Origin: Eledone cirrhosa
Taxonomy: Eukaryota
Assembly (NCBI GenBank): GCA_964016885.1
Contig: OZ024747.1
Location: 34,410,001 to 34,474,000, forward strand
Direction of reading: 5' to 3'
DNA: 64,000 bases
How positions within the stretch are numbered: the first letter of the stretch is position 1; every line of letters starts with the position of its first letter. The notes beneath the pieces were generated by a model that was not told the origin of the DNA, ran no database searches, and saw only the letters and a list, made by a program, of their open reading frames with translations. Below are positions 33,776-46,525 of the stretch, one piece after another. The translations under genes and the position numbers were made by a program.

Positions 33776-34733
33776 TAGTGGTTCCGATCGGTAGTATCAG
33801 CAATGGAAAGATCAAAGGAAATATTTTTTCTGTGGTCCGATTTGACGAATTCCTTGCCGCTGGTATCTTTTCAAAGGATATGGTATTTATTATATAAGTA
33901 TTACCGACCCAATTTTCATACAACTCTTCCACAAAAATCATAAACATGAGAAAGCAATATACAAGTAGAACTAGAAAAAATGGTTATATGTAATTTAAAG
34001 ATGAAATTATATTCATAAATTAAGAAACATCCACATTCACGCTATGGAATAACATCAAACTCGACATGAATGAGGCACTAAAATTAATTAAAACCACAAT
34101 ACACATTCACTAAGTGTGTTATCATAAATAATCCTTCAGTCTCTAACTCTTTTGTCCAAACAGAAATTCCACCAGAAATGAATATAAGTTGCATTGCATA
34201 TAAGTAAATATAAGTTGAAAATAATTATGCCTTGCAGAAAATCAATAATTCTTTGTTGGCAAACGAATGTGTGGCCCCCACAAAAAATGGTGGCGATACT
34301 ACTGACGTAATCCGTCTTTACATATTACACATAATAAACAGCATGATGTGTAATATTTCTTATATATACACATGCACAGTGATGAAGGCGTGATACAAAT
34401 GAGAGCCACGAACATCCAACACCTAGGCAGATTTAATAAAATCATAATTAAGTTGTATAAAATGTGGAACATAAAATAAAAATTGTTAGTTTTCCTCCAT
34501 AAACGCCAACACATGAAAATACCAAACATGTTGGAAACCAATTTTCCTCATAACATGTATTAAATCCTCTAGCATCTCATACGATGCAATGCGTTTTAAT
34601 AACTCAATAGATGATGTAGCGAAGCTCTATCACGAAGTGACTAAGATATATTATATCAGCAATAACCCCAATTACATCACCAGATGCAAAAGATTATTAA
34701 TTGGACAAGTAAAAGTCTTAAAATGAATATTCT

Positions 34734-34813
<80 letters not shown>

Positions 34814-34824
34814 CATTTCAACAG

Positions 34825-35141
34825 CTAGTTCCTGAATGGTCGAAATGGCGTTTTTTGGAGTAACGTTACACGATAGGCTGCGGAGCTCGGAGATCGGGTA
34901 GAGACGCTATTTCTGCGAAATTGCTCTATCACAGCTCCGATATAACAAAGATGAGGATAGAATGTCTCAGAAAAGAATGACTGGACAGATTTTATGGGAA
35001 AAAACAAACAGCAGGAGATCCAGGGGTACAACCCAAGCAAGATGGTTGAATAACATCGATGAGCTCACCTGATCACGCTTGGGGATTCAGCCGGATTGGT
35101 TGAAGACGGTTCTTCTGACAAGATCACCTGCCCCTCCACGA

Positions 35142-35150
<9 letters not shown>
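34825..35150 (+). mobile_element. RTE-clade LINE 3' remnant
   Basis: Degenerate SQLR...RMSQKRMTGQIL...RRSRG..ARWL..I.EL..SRLGIQP, flanked by microsatellites. Confidence 0.55.
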
Positions 35151-35194
<44 letters not shown>

Positions 35195-35571
35195 CTCTCT
35201 CATTTCTCTCTCTCTCTATCTCTCTCGAGAAGAAGAAGAAGAAGAAGAATTATGCACAATGACTAACTGAAAACTACTTTTGTTTATATATTTGTCTTCT
35301 GAGTTATTTGCAAAACCTGCATAATGTTTCTTTTTTGTAATTTACGAAACTCAGAAATTGCAGCGTTTATTCTGTTAAAAGAAACTCCATTAATTATATT
35401 GCTGTCAGACTGAATGCATTCACTAAATATGTAAATGTTTTTAGCTTGTTAACTTTCTGTCTCTTGAATAAAATATTTAATCATCGAACTTGTGGTTTAA
35501 CATCCTTGTGAACATTTATGTGTGACTGTGTGTGTGGGTGTGCGTATGTATTAATCTACGCGTGTGTACGA

Positions 35572-35619
<48 letters not shown>

Positions 35620-35621
<2 letters not shown>

Positions 35622-35855
35622 AATGCGGGTAAAATTCCCGAGATCCATGGACGAGTTCTCTCCAGCGGTCTCTATCCCTCATTAACGCTGCCATGTCCTG
35701 CGTCTCCACCAGACCAGTGTCTGTCCTTAGGGCATCAACATACGTTAACCTTGGTCTTCCTCTTCTAGTGTGTCCATGTAGCGGCTCCCAAAGGAGTACT
35801 GAGGGCAATGTCAACTCTGGATGTCGGTGAGCATGTCCAGCTAACCTCAGTCTCA
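35620..35855 (-). mobile_element. RTE-clade LINE 3' end fragment
   Basis: RLRLAGHAHRHPE...LLWEP.HG..RRGRPRLTYVD.L..DTG......MRDRDRWR (track ORF 35620..35862). Confidence 0.75.
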
Positions 35856-36827
35856 CACGCACACATATGCATATATATATATATATATGTGCATATGTGT
35901 GCGTGTGAGTATTTATATATACATGTGGGCACGCGTATGTGTGTGTGTGTGAGTGTGTGCGTGTGTATGCACGTGCGTGAGTGTTTAATGTAGATTATAT
36001 CAGCCCCTTCATATTCACCAATGTCATTTACAGCTGCGCCTCTGATAAAATATATGGTTTGTTGAGATGTGTGCATATTCAATAATATAACAAGAACTAG
36101 AAACTACCAGAAACTAGAGGACTGAAATAACTTTGTAAATCTGAATTAATACAATAACCATCCGAAGATGCGTACATTACCAGTATTGCATTTACATATT
36201 TAATATTGCATCGACTATATATTCATATCTTTACAGGTTTCTGTAAGCAAACGTTTATTTTTCTATTCTTATACACAATTTGATTATATATTCTACTTGA
36301 GTTCCAAATATAAAACTTGCAGTTATTAGTCTTTATGCTCACGAAGAACCAGACAGATTAAAATTCTTCATAATTGCATTAGGAAAGTGTAATGGCTATT
36401 TTGGGGATATGAAATATACTTGTGATCTCAAACTGGATACTAATGTCATGGTAAAGACGAATTGTGATATCAATATTAGTTATGATAATACAATTACATA
36501 TTTCAACAGAAAATTCCAAACACGAAGACCTCATGTATCAGTTATCAATCTGGTTCAATCAAAACCCGAAATGTAGTAGTAAAACTTGTAGACAAATGAT
36601 TATGTAGAAACTAATTGTAACTGAGACCAACATTTACTTTCTTAAGAATATTTCGTTCTAAACCATAACATAGCAGCTCTTTTTCTCAGTAGGTTTCTCT
36701 CTTTGTCTTTTCTATTTCTTACACATCATGTCTTTTTCTCTCCGACTCATTCTATCTCTCTTTTCATTTTTAGTCATGCTATTCCGTCCAAGATTCAGTA
36801 ATCTTGACTGAAAATAATTATAAAAAA

Positions 36828-37338
36828 TACAACAGCCAAACTATGGCAATATCACCACCGCCACCACCACCAGCTACCCCATAATACTAATAATTATTAT
36901 TGTTGTATCTCTAATCTCTCTCAAAATGTTTAGTTCAAATATTAAGGAAGAATGTCAACTTCTATATTAAATATAAGTAACAAATCTAAAAGACAAAATG
37001 AAACACAATATCAAAAGAATTACGTATTTAAAACACTTGTGATATAATAATGTTTATTGCAATTGGGACAAAAGGCATCAGCAATTGAGACAACATATCT
37101 GGGAATATAACTCAAATATTTATTCTTCTGGTAAAAATGTTATATTAAAAAAAGAAAATGTTTACAAATGGAAGAAAAGCCCCTCTGCGTCCACTAACTA
37201 CAACAGCCAAATAACGACAATATCACCGCTGCCACCACCACCACCAATCCCATAATAATAATTAGTGTTGTATATCTAAGCCCTCTCAAGATGTTTAGCT
37301 CAACTATTAAGGGAGGATGTCAACTTGTATAATAAATA
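36828..37338. repeat. Diverged direct repeat (~145 bp x2)
   Basis: TACAACAGCCAAA...CAATATCACC...CTCTCAA(A/G)ATGTTTAG...ATGTCAACTT at ~36828-36973 and ~37199-37338. Confidence 0.8.
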
Positions 37339-37649
37339 GTCGAAAAACTTCTGAGCAGAAGCCAGACAAAAACAAACGTAACATCAAAAGAAAAACAAAA
37401 TTCAAAGGTTTTGAAGGCAAAACCCCCTGCCCCACTCGTTGCTATGGCTACGAGCTTAGCGTAGCTGAAATCAAAAACAGCAGCAGCAGCAACAACAACA
37501 CTAGTAACCGATGTTACTGGCCTTGAAAAACAAAAAAGTCAGACATTCAAACATTACAATGACACCCATTCACACCACCACGACTACAACCAGCGAACAA
37601 TGAAAATGATGATTTGTTGATGTTGATGGTGGTGATGCTGATGATAATG

Positions 37650-37965
37650 GTTGTTTCTACTTTTGGAACAGGACCATCGATTGCCACAGTGAATTAATGG
37701 TGCTCTGCCTTGTTGACCCATTAGAAGTGAGGAGCGTGGTTGACCTCGGTGGAATTTGTGCTTAGACCATAAATGGCAGACGCTGATGATAATAATAATT
37801 TGTCTCCTTTTGGTAGGGGGCCAGCGATTGACCTCGGCAGGATTTGTGCTCAGACAATAACCAGTAGATGCTGATGATAATGGTGGTTCTTTCTGCTTTT
37901 GGCACAGGGCTAGTAATTGCCTCAGTGTATTGCCGGGGCTCTGTTTTATCGACTCCGTAAGATAA
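37650..37965 (-). mobile_element. Cluster of old SINE fragments separated by (GAT/AAT)n
   Basis: TTGACCTCGG(T/C)(G/A)GA(A)TTTG twice, plus GTTTCTACTTTTGG and TTTTATCGACTCCG. Confidence 0.6.
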
Positions 37966-38074
37966 TAATAATGACTTATAAAGAAGATTCACATTAGGAA
38001 AACATTAAAAACAGCACAAAGAATAATGATAGATATATGTCACATTAATTGCCGCGAAACATAATTTGTTTCGT

Positions 38075-41000
38075 TCTTATAAAGGTGATGGTGTCACGTT
38101 AAAAACACTGGTGGTGCTGCAACCCAAAATTCATTGATCCTCGATATGAGCGCTTGAATGTCGAACCTAAACAGTTCTAATAACGGTAAAAAGGAGATTG
38201 GAACGTAATGCGAAATACTCTCACCCAGCAGGTGCTCCCTGGCCCAGCAGCAGGGACCTGGCTGTCATCAAATACTGCTGGTGTTGGATAAAGAAAAAGG
38301 AACGAGACAAGCACCAACTGGACAAAATAATTAAATGCAACTGTCATGAAAAGTTACCTGAGGAGTAATCTGGAACGAGATTTGTCTATTTAAATTAGGT
38401 GAACAAAAATTAGCCGGGCAGGCTCGGGTAATAATAACTAATGGATAGATAAGCGAGTTGGAAATGGAGGAACTCAGCAGGGAGATTGAGTTGGAAATAG
38501 AGAGGGGGTATATCAGGTGAATGAGCCAGTGGGAAATGGAGATGAAGAGGTTGAGACATTTGAGGAAGCAACCGAAGCAGACAATGATCTGCATACTGAA
38601 ATAAACATCTGGAACAAAGATACGGCCATTGGGGAAATGATTGCTGACGGGCTAGGGCAAGATTTTGTTGATATTCTGAACTTAGTGGTAGATGAAATGA
38701 ACAATGAAAGTGGAAAACCTATGAACCTAAGATATTTAGAATGGAAAAAGTTAAAAGAAACGACAGCTAAGGTAAACAGGGCCATCCCATACATTGAAGC
38801 GAGGAACCTTCACCAATGCAAAACTATCCTCAAATGCAAGCGCAAATGTGATGAGGAAATTACTTGGTTTAAAAACGAATGAAAACAGCAAACAAGAAAG
38901 ATCAGAGCCTTGGTGGAAGAAATGAGTGAATGGCCAAATCAAGGAAATGAGAAAAGACATCGGAAAGCTTGAGTCTTTACTGAATGGGACATTACAAAAC
39001 ATAGATACTAGAGATAGACTGAAAATAAAATACAAAACTAAGGAAAAAGAGCTAAATGTTATCACAGAGGAACTGAAGCAACGCATAGTAGCAACAAGCA
39101 CGAAGATTAGGTGGTATGAGAAGAGAGTTAGTCAGTATAGACAGAACCGCACGTTTGACAAAAACCATAAGATATTATTTGAACAGCTTGAAGGGAAAGA
39201 AAGAGGTAACGACGTGATCCCTGAGGCTGAACCGACTAAGGCATTCTGGAGGGAATATGGAATATGGGAGCAGGATACTAAACATAATAGTCAAGCAGTG
39301 TGGATTAAGACAGTTAAAATGAAATTAGTGAACAACCACACCAACAACCTGATTTGAGAATCGTAGCTGAAACTCTTAAAAAGCAGGCCCAACTGGAAAT
39401 CACCAGGCCCAGATGTTGTGTAAGCAAATTGGATACAAACTATAACATCCCTCCAACCAAAACTGACAGCCATGTTCAATGACTACTTGGTGTCGGGTGA
39501 AGTACCAGAGTGTTTTCCAAAATGTACCACAGTTCTGGTAATGAATAACCGAATCAAGGGTAATGATGTTACCCACTTCATGCCTATCACATATCTGTCC
39601 GTAATGTGGAGACTATTAAGGAGCACTGTGTCTGAAGAAAATCTACTATCACTTCCACATAAACGACTTGTTACGGGACAAACGGAAAAGATGCCGAAAG
39701 AAGTCCCATGGAACAAAACACCAGTTACTTATTGATAAGATGGTAATAAGGAATTGCAAGAAGAGGCACGTGCAATTTTGCCATGATATGGATAGATTAC
39801 TTAAAAGGCATTCGACATGGCACCACATTCTTGGATAGCCTAAAGACTAGAGATCTTCAAGGTAGCAAAAAAACATCAGACAGCTATTAAGTAAAAGTAT
39901 GAAGTCCTGGGAAACAGAACTAACATCAGGTGGTGAATCGTTGGGAGGCGTGAAGATGAAGAGTAGTAACTTACAATGGGAGAGTTTGTCCCATTTGTTG
40001 TTTGTCCTAACCATCATACCCTTGTCCCTCATATTGCGAAAAGTGAGTACAGGATACAAGCTGGGAAGTGGAGACCTTACCATCAACTACCTCCTCTTCA
40101 TGGACGATCTAAAACTCATTGGGAAAAGAGAGAAGCAGTTGTATGTACTTGTTAACACTGTCCGTATTCTCAGCAATGATATATGTATGGAATTTGGTAT
40201 TAATAAGTGTGGAATCCTAGTGATGAAAAGGGGTAAATTGAACAGAAGCAACGGAATCCAGGTACTAACAGGTGAGATGATAGAAGAGGTAATTGATACT
40301 GAAGTGGGATACAAATAATTGGGTGTTCTGGAGGAAGATGACATCAAGAATAATAAAATGAAAGAATTGATAAGAACTGAGTATATAAGGAGAGTAAGGA
40401 GCGTACTAAAATTACACCTAAATAGTAGGAATGTCATAAGTGCAGTAAATTTCCGAGCTGTGTCTATTATTAGGTACAGTACGGGAATTCTGAAATGGAA
40501 TGCTGCTGAACAAAAAGAAATGGATAAGAAGTCTAGGAAGCTAATGACTACCTACAGCATGTTCCACAAGAGTAGTGATGTTGATAGACTCCACTTAAAG
40601 AGATTTGAATTACTAAGATGTCTTATCAGCATAGAAGAGTGTGTTCACATGGAGAAAAACAGTCTGTACAAATATGTATCTGACAGTAGGGAGCCAATGC
40701 TCAAAGTTGTACTGAAGGTTAAGAAAATAGACCAGGGAATGTCCTAGGGGGAAATGACAAGGAGGAGGAGCAACCTTCATGAAAAATCCCTTCATAGCAC
40801 CTTCCTTAAGAAAACGGAATTCGGAGATCCACAGACATGGATATCCTCAAAAAGAGGAGACCTTAAAAAGCTACAGAAGGAATGCTAATAGGAAGCTCTC
40901 AGAACGAAGTTGTTGAACACACCATATTGACAAAGAGGAGGCTAGCTCACTGTGTAGGATCTGTGGAGAGAGAGGGGGTGACAGTGTATCCGAGTGTAAA

Positions 41001-41587
41001 CAACTAGCCCAGACTCCCTATAAAGGCTGGAGTAATGATACGATAGGAAAGGTGATTCACTAGCATTTATACAAACTAAACAATTTACTACATTCTGAGA
41101 ATAAGCATAATTACTACATTATGAGCATAAGCCTGATAGAAAATTATCAAGTGAAGGTGCTATGGGATTTCAGGATATAAACGGACCAGATATACCAACA
41201 CAATACGCGTCACCTGGTGGTTTTTGACAAGGAAAAATATCGTGCATGATTGTAGATGTAGGCTGCCCATTTGACACGAAAGTGCAAGAAAAGGAAGAGA
41301 AAATTAACCGATACCAGGTTTTAAAGTGGGAGTTATAAAGGATTTGAAACTGCCAAAAATCAACGTCGTACCGATTGTCATAGTAGCACTATGTACGCTC
41401 TCAAATATGTTTCAAGGATGGTTAAAGAACATTGTCCAGCTCCGTTTTTTGGAACACTTCCAAATACATGCATGCTGGAAACAGCAAGAACCGTCCGATA
41501 CGTCCTGAATATCTGAGGCTGCAGGTAGCGGCTTGATATTCATTCCAACAAGAATAACCGTTAAATAATATCAATGACTGAGACTCA
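38075..41587 (+). mobile_element. Dong-like D1 copy, near full length, heavily decayed
   Basis: Colinear with 5440-9005; YLLFMDDLKL, YIRRVRSVL; 3' end GACTGAGACTCAA-(AAT)n. Confidence 0.9.
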
Positions 41588-41606
41588 AATAATAATAAAA
41601 ATAATA

Positions 41607-42810
41607 ATGCCTTCTTTATTAACCACAAGGGTTTACACAAAGTAGACATTAAGGACAGTACAGGACAATACAGGACGGTACAAAAGGGCATTCCTGCGTG
41701 TAAAAAAACAAAAAAACAGGATGTAATAATAGAACAATGAAAAAATTTCCCAATAGGGGGAAAGCTTCCGAGGGACATTCGTGGATGAAGCCCATTAAAA
41801 AAAAACAGTGACCCTGACCACCATGGCAAGTGCCCTCTCCCAGTTTTCCACCTTTAATTTACAGACACATACTTAGAGTAGGCCCATTCACTCGGGCCAT
41901 TCTTGCCTCTCTCACCCATCTTTCAACAAAATGCTGGGAAGAGAACACTTCCCTCTCTACCATGATTTTCCTTTTCAAATGAAATTTGAAAAAGTTAATC
42001 AGGGCAACACGGAAGAGGTAAGTGCTCGTCTTCAGCCCTTTCAAACGTGTCCACCATACTATCTCTTTCGCCATGGCCACCAGACAGATAAAAACTGCCT
42101 GCCCTTTCCGGCTAAAGGAAGAGGGCCGGGCAATCCTCACGAAGGACCCATCTGATAGCTGGATCCGTCCTACACGCGACAGCAGGTGTTCGACATAAAC
42201 ACACAAGTCAGCAATGCTAGGACACTGGGCGAGTGCGTGCAGGACGGTTTCGTCGCCTTGCGCGCATCTCGGACATGCTCGCCTGACGGCACCTCCATGC
42301 CTATAGAGTTTATCCCGAACTGGCAAAGCTCCTCGGTAGCACTGCCAGGACAGGCCAGGGATTTCTGGAAGTTGTCCATAGGCCCCGGCCCGAAAGTTCT
42401 TCCGAAGAGATTAGCTAGTTGATTTTCGTCGACGCCTAGAGTTTCTCCAAGTACGTCGTCGCACTTCCCCTCCACTAATCCTCTATAGACCCTCAAAGGT
42501 GGAGTTTCCAACGATCACATTGTCCGATTGGTCGAGGGCTGTGAGCATCTGAAGACATTCCAGTCTCCAAGCGCTCCTTCTCGGTCTTCGCTTGACCCAG
42601 GACTGCAGCTCCGTCAAGGAGACAAGCTGGGGAAAGACGCGTCTAGCAAACGGAGACCACACCTGATCACCGTCGAGGAAGAGGTGGAGATGTCGTAGCC
42701 TGAGCACGTGTCTGCGCATCATCAGCCACGGCATGCCCAGGCCTCCACAGAGCGGGTGTTGACAGCATATGGACCGCCTGACCATCGGAGCGCGTCCCTT
42801 CCACAAAAAC
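41607..42810 (-). mobile_element. Tx1 copy T7, 5'-truncated (same subfamily as T2/T3)
   Basis: CPRCAQGDETVLH, GGLGMPW; 3' UTR nearly the same as T2/T3. Confidence 0.9.
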
Positions 42811-45800
42811 GATGTTGTTACACCTTGAAGATTTCTACACTGCCATGTACTACACATCAAATAGATCGAATACAGAACAGACATATATCAACTGGTAAAT
42901 GAAACATCCCGTAAACAGAGGCTATATGGACAGTAACAAACTAGCCAATATACGAAGAAATATTGCTAAGGAAATGTTACTAACTGATATAGAAATAGAT
43001 AAGAGCAAGCAGTTAGCACAAAGTCAGCGCAGGGAAAATTAAAACATGTGTCAGTGAAAACGAGGTAGAATGTAACACTTTGAATCCCAGGGTTGGGGCG
43101 GAATCACTGATAACAGAACAAATTAAAGAAAGGATCGAAAAAGTGGAGGGAGTGCATGCTCAAGATGAAACTCAAAATGAAAACAATGAGATCGTAAATG
43201 ATAAAGAAATGAATGAGAATGAACTTGCCAACTTGAAGGATGAAATTATGATCGAATGGATGAAAATGAAGAATCGGACATGGTGGAACGAGACACTCTC
43301 CCTAAAATCCAGAACCTAAACAGAATGAAAAGATAATACACAAGACTAACATAATTCTCAAAAACATTATCATCACAAACAAACTAAACATTACTGATTT
43401 AAATCATCTCTATTATGCATCGGCTAAAGTCACCACTCATTTATGTGGAGTGAAAATGAAAAAACAAATAAATTCCCACAAAAGATCTACTTGGCAAGAG
43501 AACATCAATCGCCAAATAAACCTTCTCCGATCTGACATAGACATTTTCACAAACTACAAAGTAGGTCACCATGTCAACAAAAATAAACTTAGAAAATGGA
43601 AGAGAAAATACAGTATAAAATCAACAAGGGACATAGACATGCTGATAGAAATAATCAAGCAAAAAGTGTCGGCCAAAGCTGCTCGTATAAGGCGTTTGAA
43701 AAACGATCTAGATTCTATAAGGACAATAATATGTTCAAAAACAACAAAAAAACTTCTACAGATAAATTGGCAAGTCAACAATAACTGCTAAATCAATACC
43801 ACCCAAGGAGGAAGTGACAGAAATCTGGGAAAAGGTGTGGGCCGAAAAAGAGGTCATAATATACATGCCCCATCGATAGACAGGCAAATGAAAGATACAG
43901 CTCACCTTGAGGAACAAACATGGGAAAATATAACAGTTGAACAGTTGAACAGTTGCGTTTGGCTCTTAGAAAACCAGCAAATGGAAATCCCCAGGAATAG
44001 ACAAAATACCAAAGTCTCATGAGCTGTTAGCCCAACTTTACGATGAAATAGTTAAGGAGGCAGAAAAGATACCATCATGGCTAGTTAACGGCATTACATT
44101 CCTGCTTCCGAAGAATGATGAGACAAACAATCCCCAAAGTTACAGACCGATAACTAGCTTGACCACAATGTATAACATTTTAAATTCAGTCCTAACTGAA
44201 TGTACATATGACCACCTGATAACAAATGATCTATTTCCCAATGAGCAGAAAGTGTGTAAACGAGGCTCATATGGCTGTAAGGGTCAGCTTTTGGTTAACA
44301 AAATGATACTGGAATATTGTCATAATAGACCCCAAAATCTATCAATTGCTTGGATAGATTATAAAAAAGCATTCGATAGTTTGCCACACAGTTGGATTGA
44401 AAAATGTTTAGAGATTTTCAAAATATCTCCCGTTGTTAGGAGGTCCCTGTCATTCAGTATGACGACATGGAAAACGACACTCCTTTTGAATAGTGAAAAA
44501 AAATTACTGGAAGCTGGAGAAGTTAATATTAATTGTGGAATTTTTCAGGGTGACTCTTTATCACCGCTTTTATTCCGCATCGCACTTGTACCATTAAGTA
44601 AAATGCTCAATGAAACAACACATGGATATAAAGTCTATGACAAAACCATTAATCACTTGTTCTACATGGATGACTTGAAACTATTTGCAAAAAATTATGA
44701 ACAATTATCCACTGTGGAGCAGTTCAATGATGACATTAAAATGGAGTTTAGACTAGATAGATGCGCCAAAGCAACGTTCACCAGAGGAAAGCTGCTGAAA
44801 AGCTCCGACATTAATCTTGATCGGGGGAATGTGATAAGAGAACTTGATCAAGAAGAAACTTACAAATATCTAGGTGTTTGTGAAGGAGACGGAATCAAGC
44901 ACAGGACAATGAGGGAAAGGATAAGCAAGGAATGTTACCTTAGAGTAAGAGCAATCTTAAGAACGGAATTGAATGCAAGGAATAGGATCGATACCATAAA
45001 CAATCTTGCCATACGAGTAGTAACCTACAGTTACAATGTCATCAACTGGTCAAGCACAGAGATCTGTATGCTCGATACAAAAATTAGAAAATTCTTAACC
45101 AAACACAGAATGCATCACCCTAAGGCAGATACAGATATAATATATCTCCCTAGGAAAGAAGGAGGACGTGGTTTAATCCAGTTAGATATTGCGTTGAAAA
45201 CTGCAATAATTGTATCATCAAAATCGTTTTGAAACACGAAAGCATCAAAAGATTATACCCTATTACAAAAGATGAACAAAGATACAGTAATGGACTACGA
45301 ATTTCAAAACTCCCATTTACTGCTGAAATGGAAAACACAGAAAAAGCAAAGCAGGTCAAAGAAAGAACTGCCACAGAAACTGGCTGAGAAGTGGCAAGAA
45401 AAGCCTCTGTATGGAAAATACCCAGAAAGCTAACAATCCTGATGTTGGCAACATTTTAACCTATCAGTGGTTGGCAGCCTCCAGACTGAAATCGGAGACT
45501 GAAGGACTGATTATATCAGCACAAGATCAGTGTCTGCCAACAAAAATATTACCAAGCCAGCATAATAAAAAAATGGATGCAACCCATTATGCCCTGTATG
45601 TAAAAAACAATCAGAGACCATTCATAATATAATTTCAATGTGCAGTCATATAGCTCCAACCGAATACCTAAACAGGCATGACAGAGCTGCACAATACATT
45701 CATTGGATAATGTGTAAGCATTTTGACCTGCCCCATCAAAAGAATTGGTGGGAGCATCAACCACCTTCCATACTTGAAAAAGATCACATCTCAATCTTGT

Positions 45801-46302
45801 GGAACTTTAGCATCCAAACAGACCGAAAAATAGATGCAAATAGACCTGATATAATACTGAAGTACTTTAAAAAGTGGGTATGCGTGCTAACTGATATGTC
45901 CGTTCCAATAGACAAGAATGTATCTATAAAATCATTTGAAAAATCGAGCAAGTATAAGGACCTGGAGATAGAAATTGGAAAAATGTGGAAATTGAGAACT
46001 AAAACAATACCAGTGGTTGTAGGCACTCTAGGAATGATACCTAAGGGGTCTAATGATTATCTATCGCAAATCCGAGGAAACTCGCGTATAGGAGAAATAC
46101 AAAAGATAGTACTAATGGGAACTGCCCATATACTAGGGAAGATTCTGTCAATATAAGTACATAACAAGTCTAAACACCTAAACTTGCATGTGTGTGTATG
46201 TATGTTCTTTCTTGAACCTGGCGGACATTGTTGTCTCCTGAGGTCACTGGTTGTGACTTGGTGATTACTCGTATGAACATAAAGCAAGATAAATGCAACT
46301 GT
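42811..46302 (+). mobile_element. R4/Dong-clade family D2 copy, slightly 5'-truncated, frameshifted
   Basis: WIDYKKAFDSLPH, GIFQGDSLSPLLF, HLFYMDDLKLF, YKYLG (44159..45232); RHD, RPDII, KYKDL (45638..46156). Ends GCAACTGT-(AAT)n. Confidence 0.92.
44159..45232 (+). pseudogene. Reverse transcriptase domain of Dong-like D2
   Basis: Track ORF with RT motifs including YMDD. Confidence 0.9.
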
Positions 46303-46324
46303 AATAATAATAATAATAATAATT

Positions 46325-46508
46325 GTTTCTACTTTAGGCACAAGGCCATCAATTACCCAATGCATTACTGGTACTTTATTTTATCGACCCCATAAGGATG
46401 AAAGGCTAAGTCAACCTCGGCGGGATTTGAACTCAGATAGTAAAGGGACGTAACTATGCTGGAAAGCATGGCGTCCGACCCTCTAGCGATACTGCCAACC
46501 CACCGCCT
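46325..46508 (-). mobile_element. tRNA-derived SINE, full length, in (AAT)n
   Basis: Minus: GGCGGTGGGTTGGCAGTATCG (A box) ... GAGTTCAAATCCC (B box) ... GCCTTTCATCCTTATGGGGTCGATAAAATAAAGTACCAG ... GGCCTTGTGCCTAAAGTAGAAAC-(ATT)n. Resembles the abundant octopus SINE (from memory). Confidence 0.85.
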
Positions 46509-46525
46509 ATATAATGATAATAATG

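Noticed and set aside
46325-46508. tRNA gene
   Set aside because: Has A and B boxes but no cloverleaf, and continues into a SINE body and tail.
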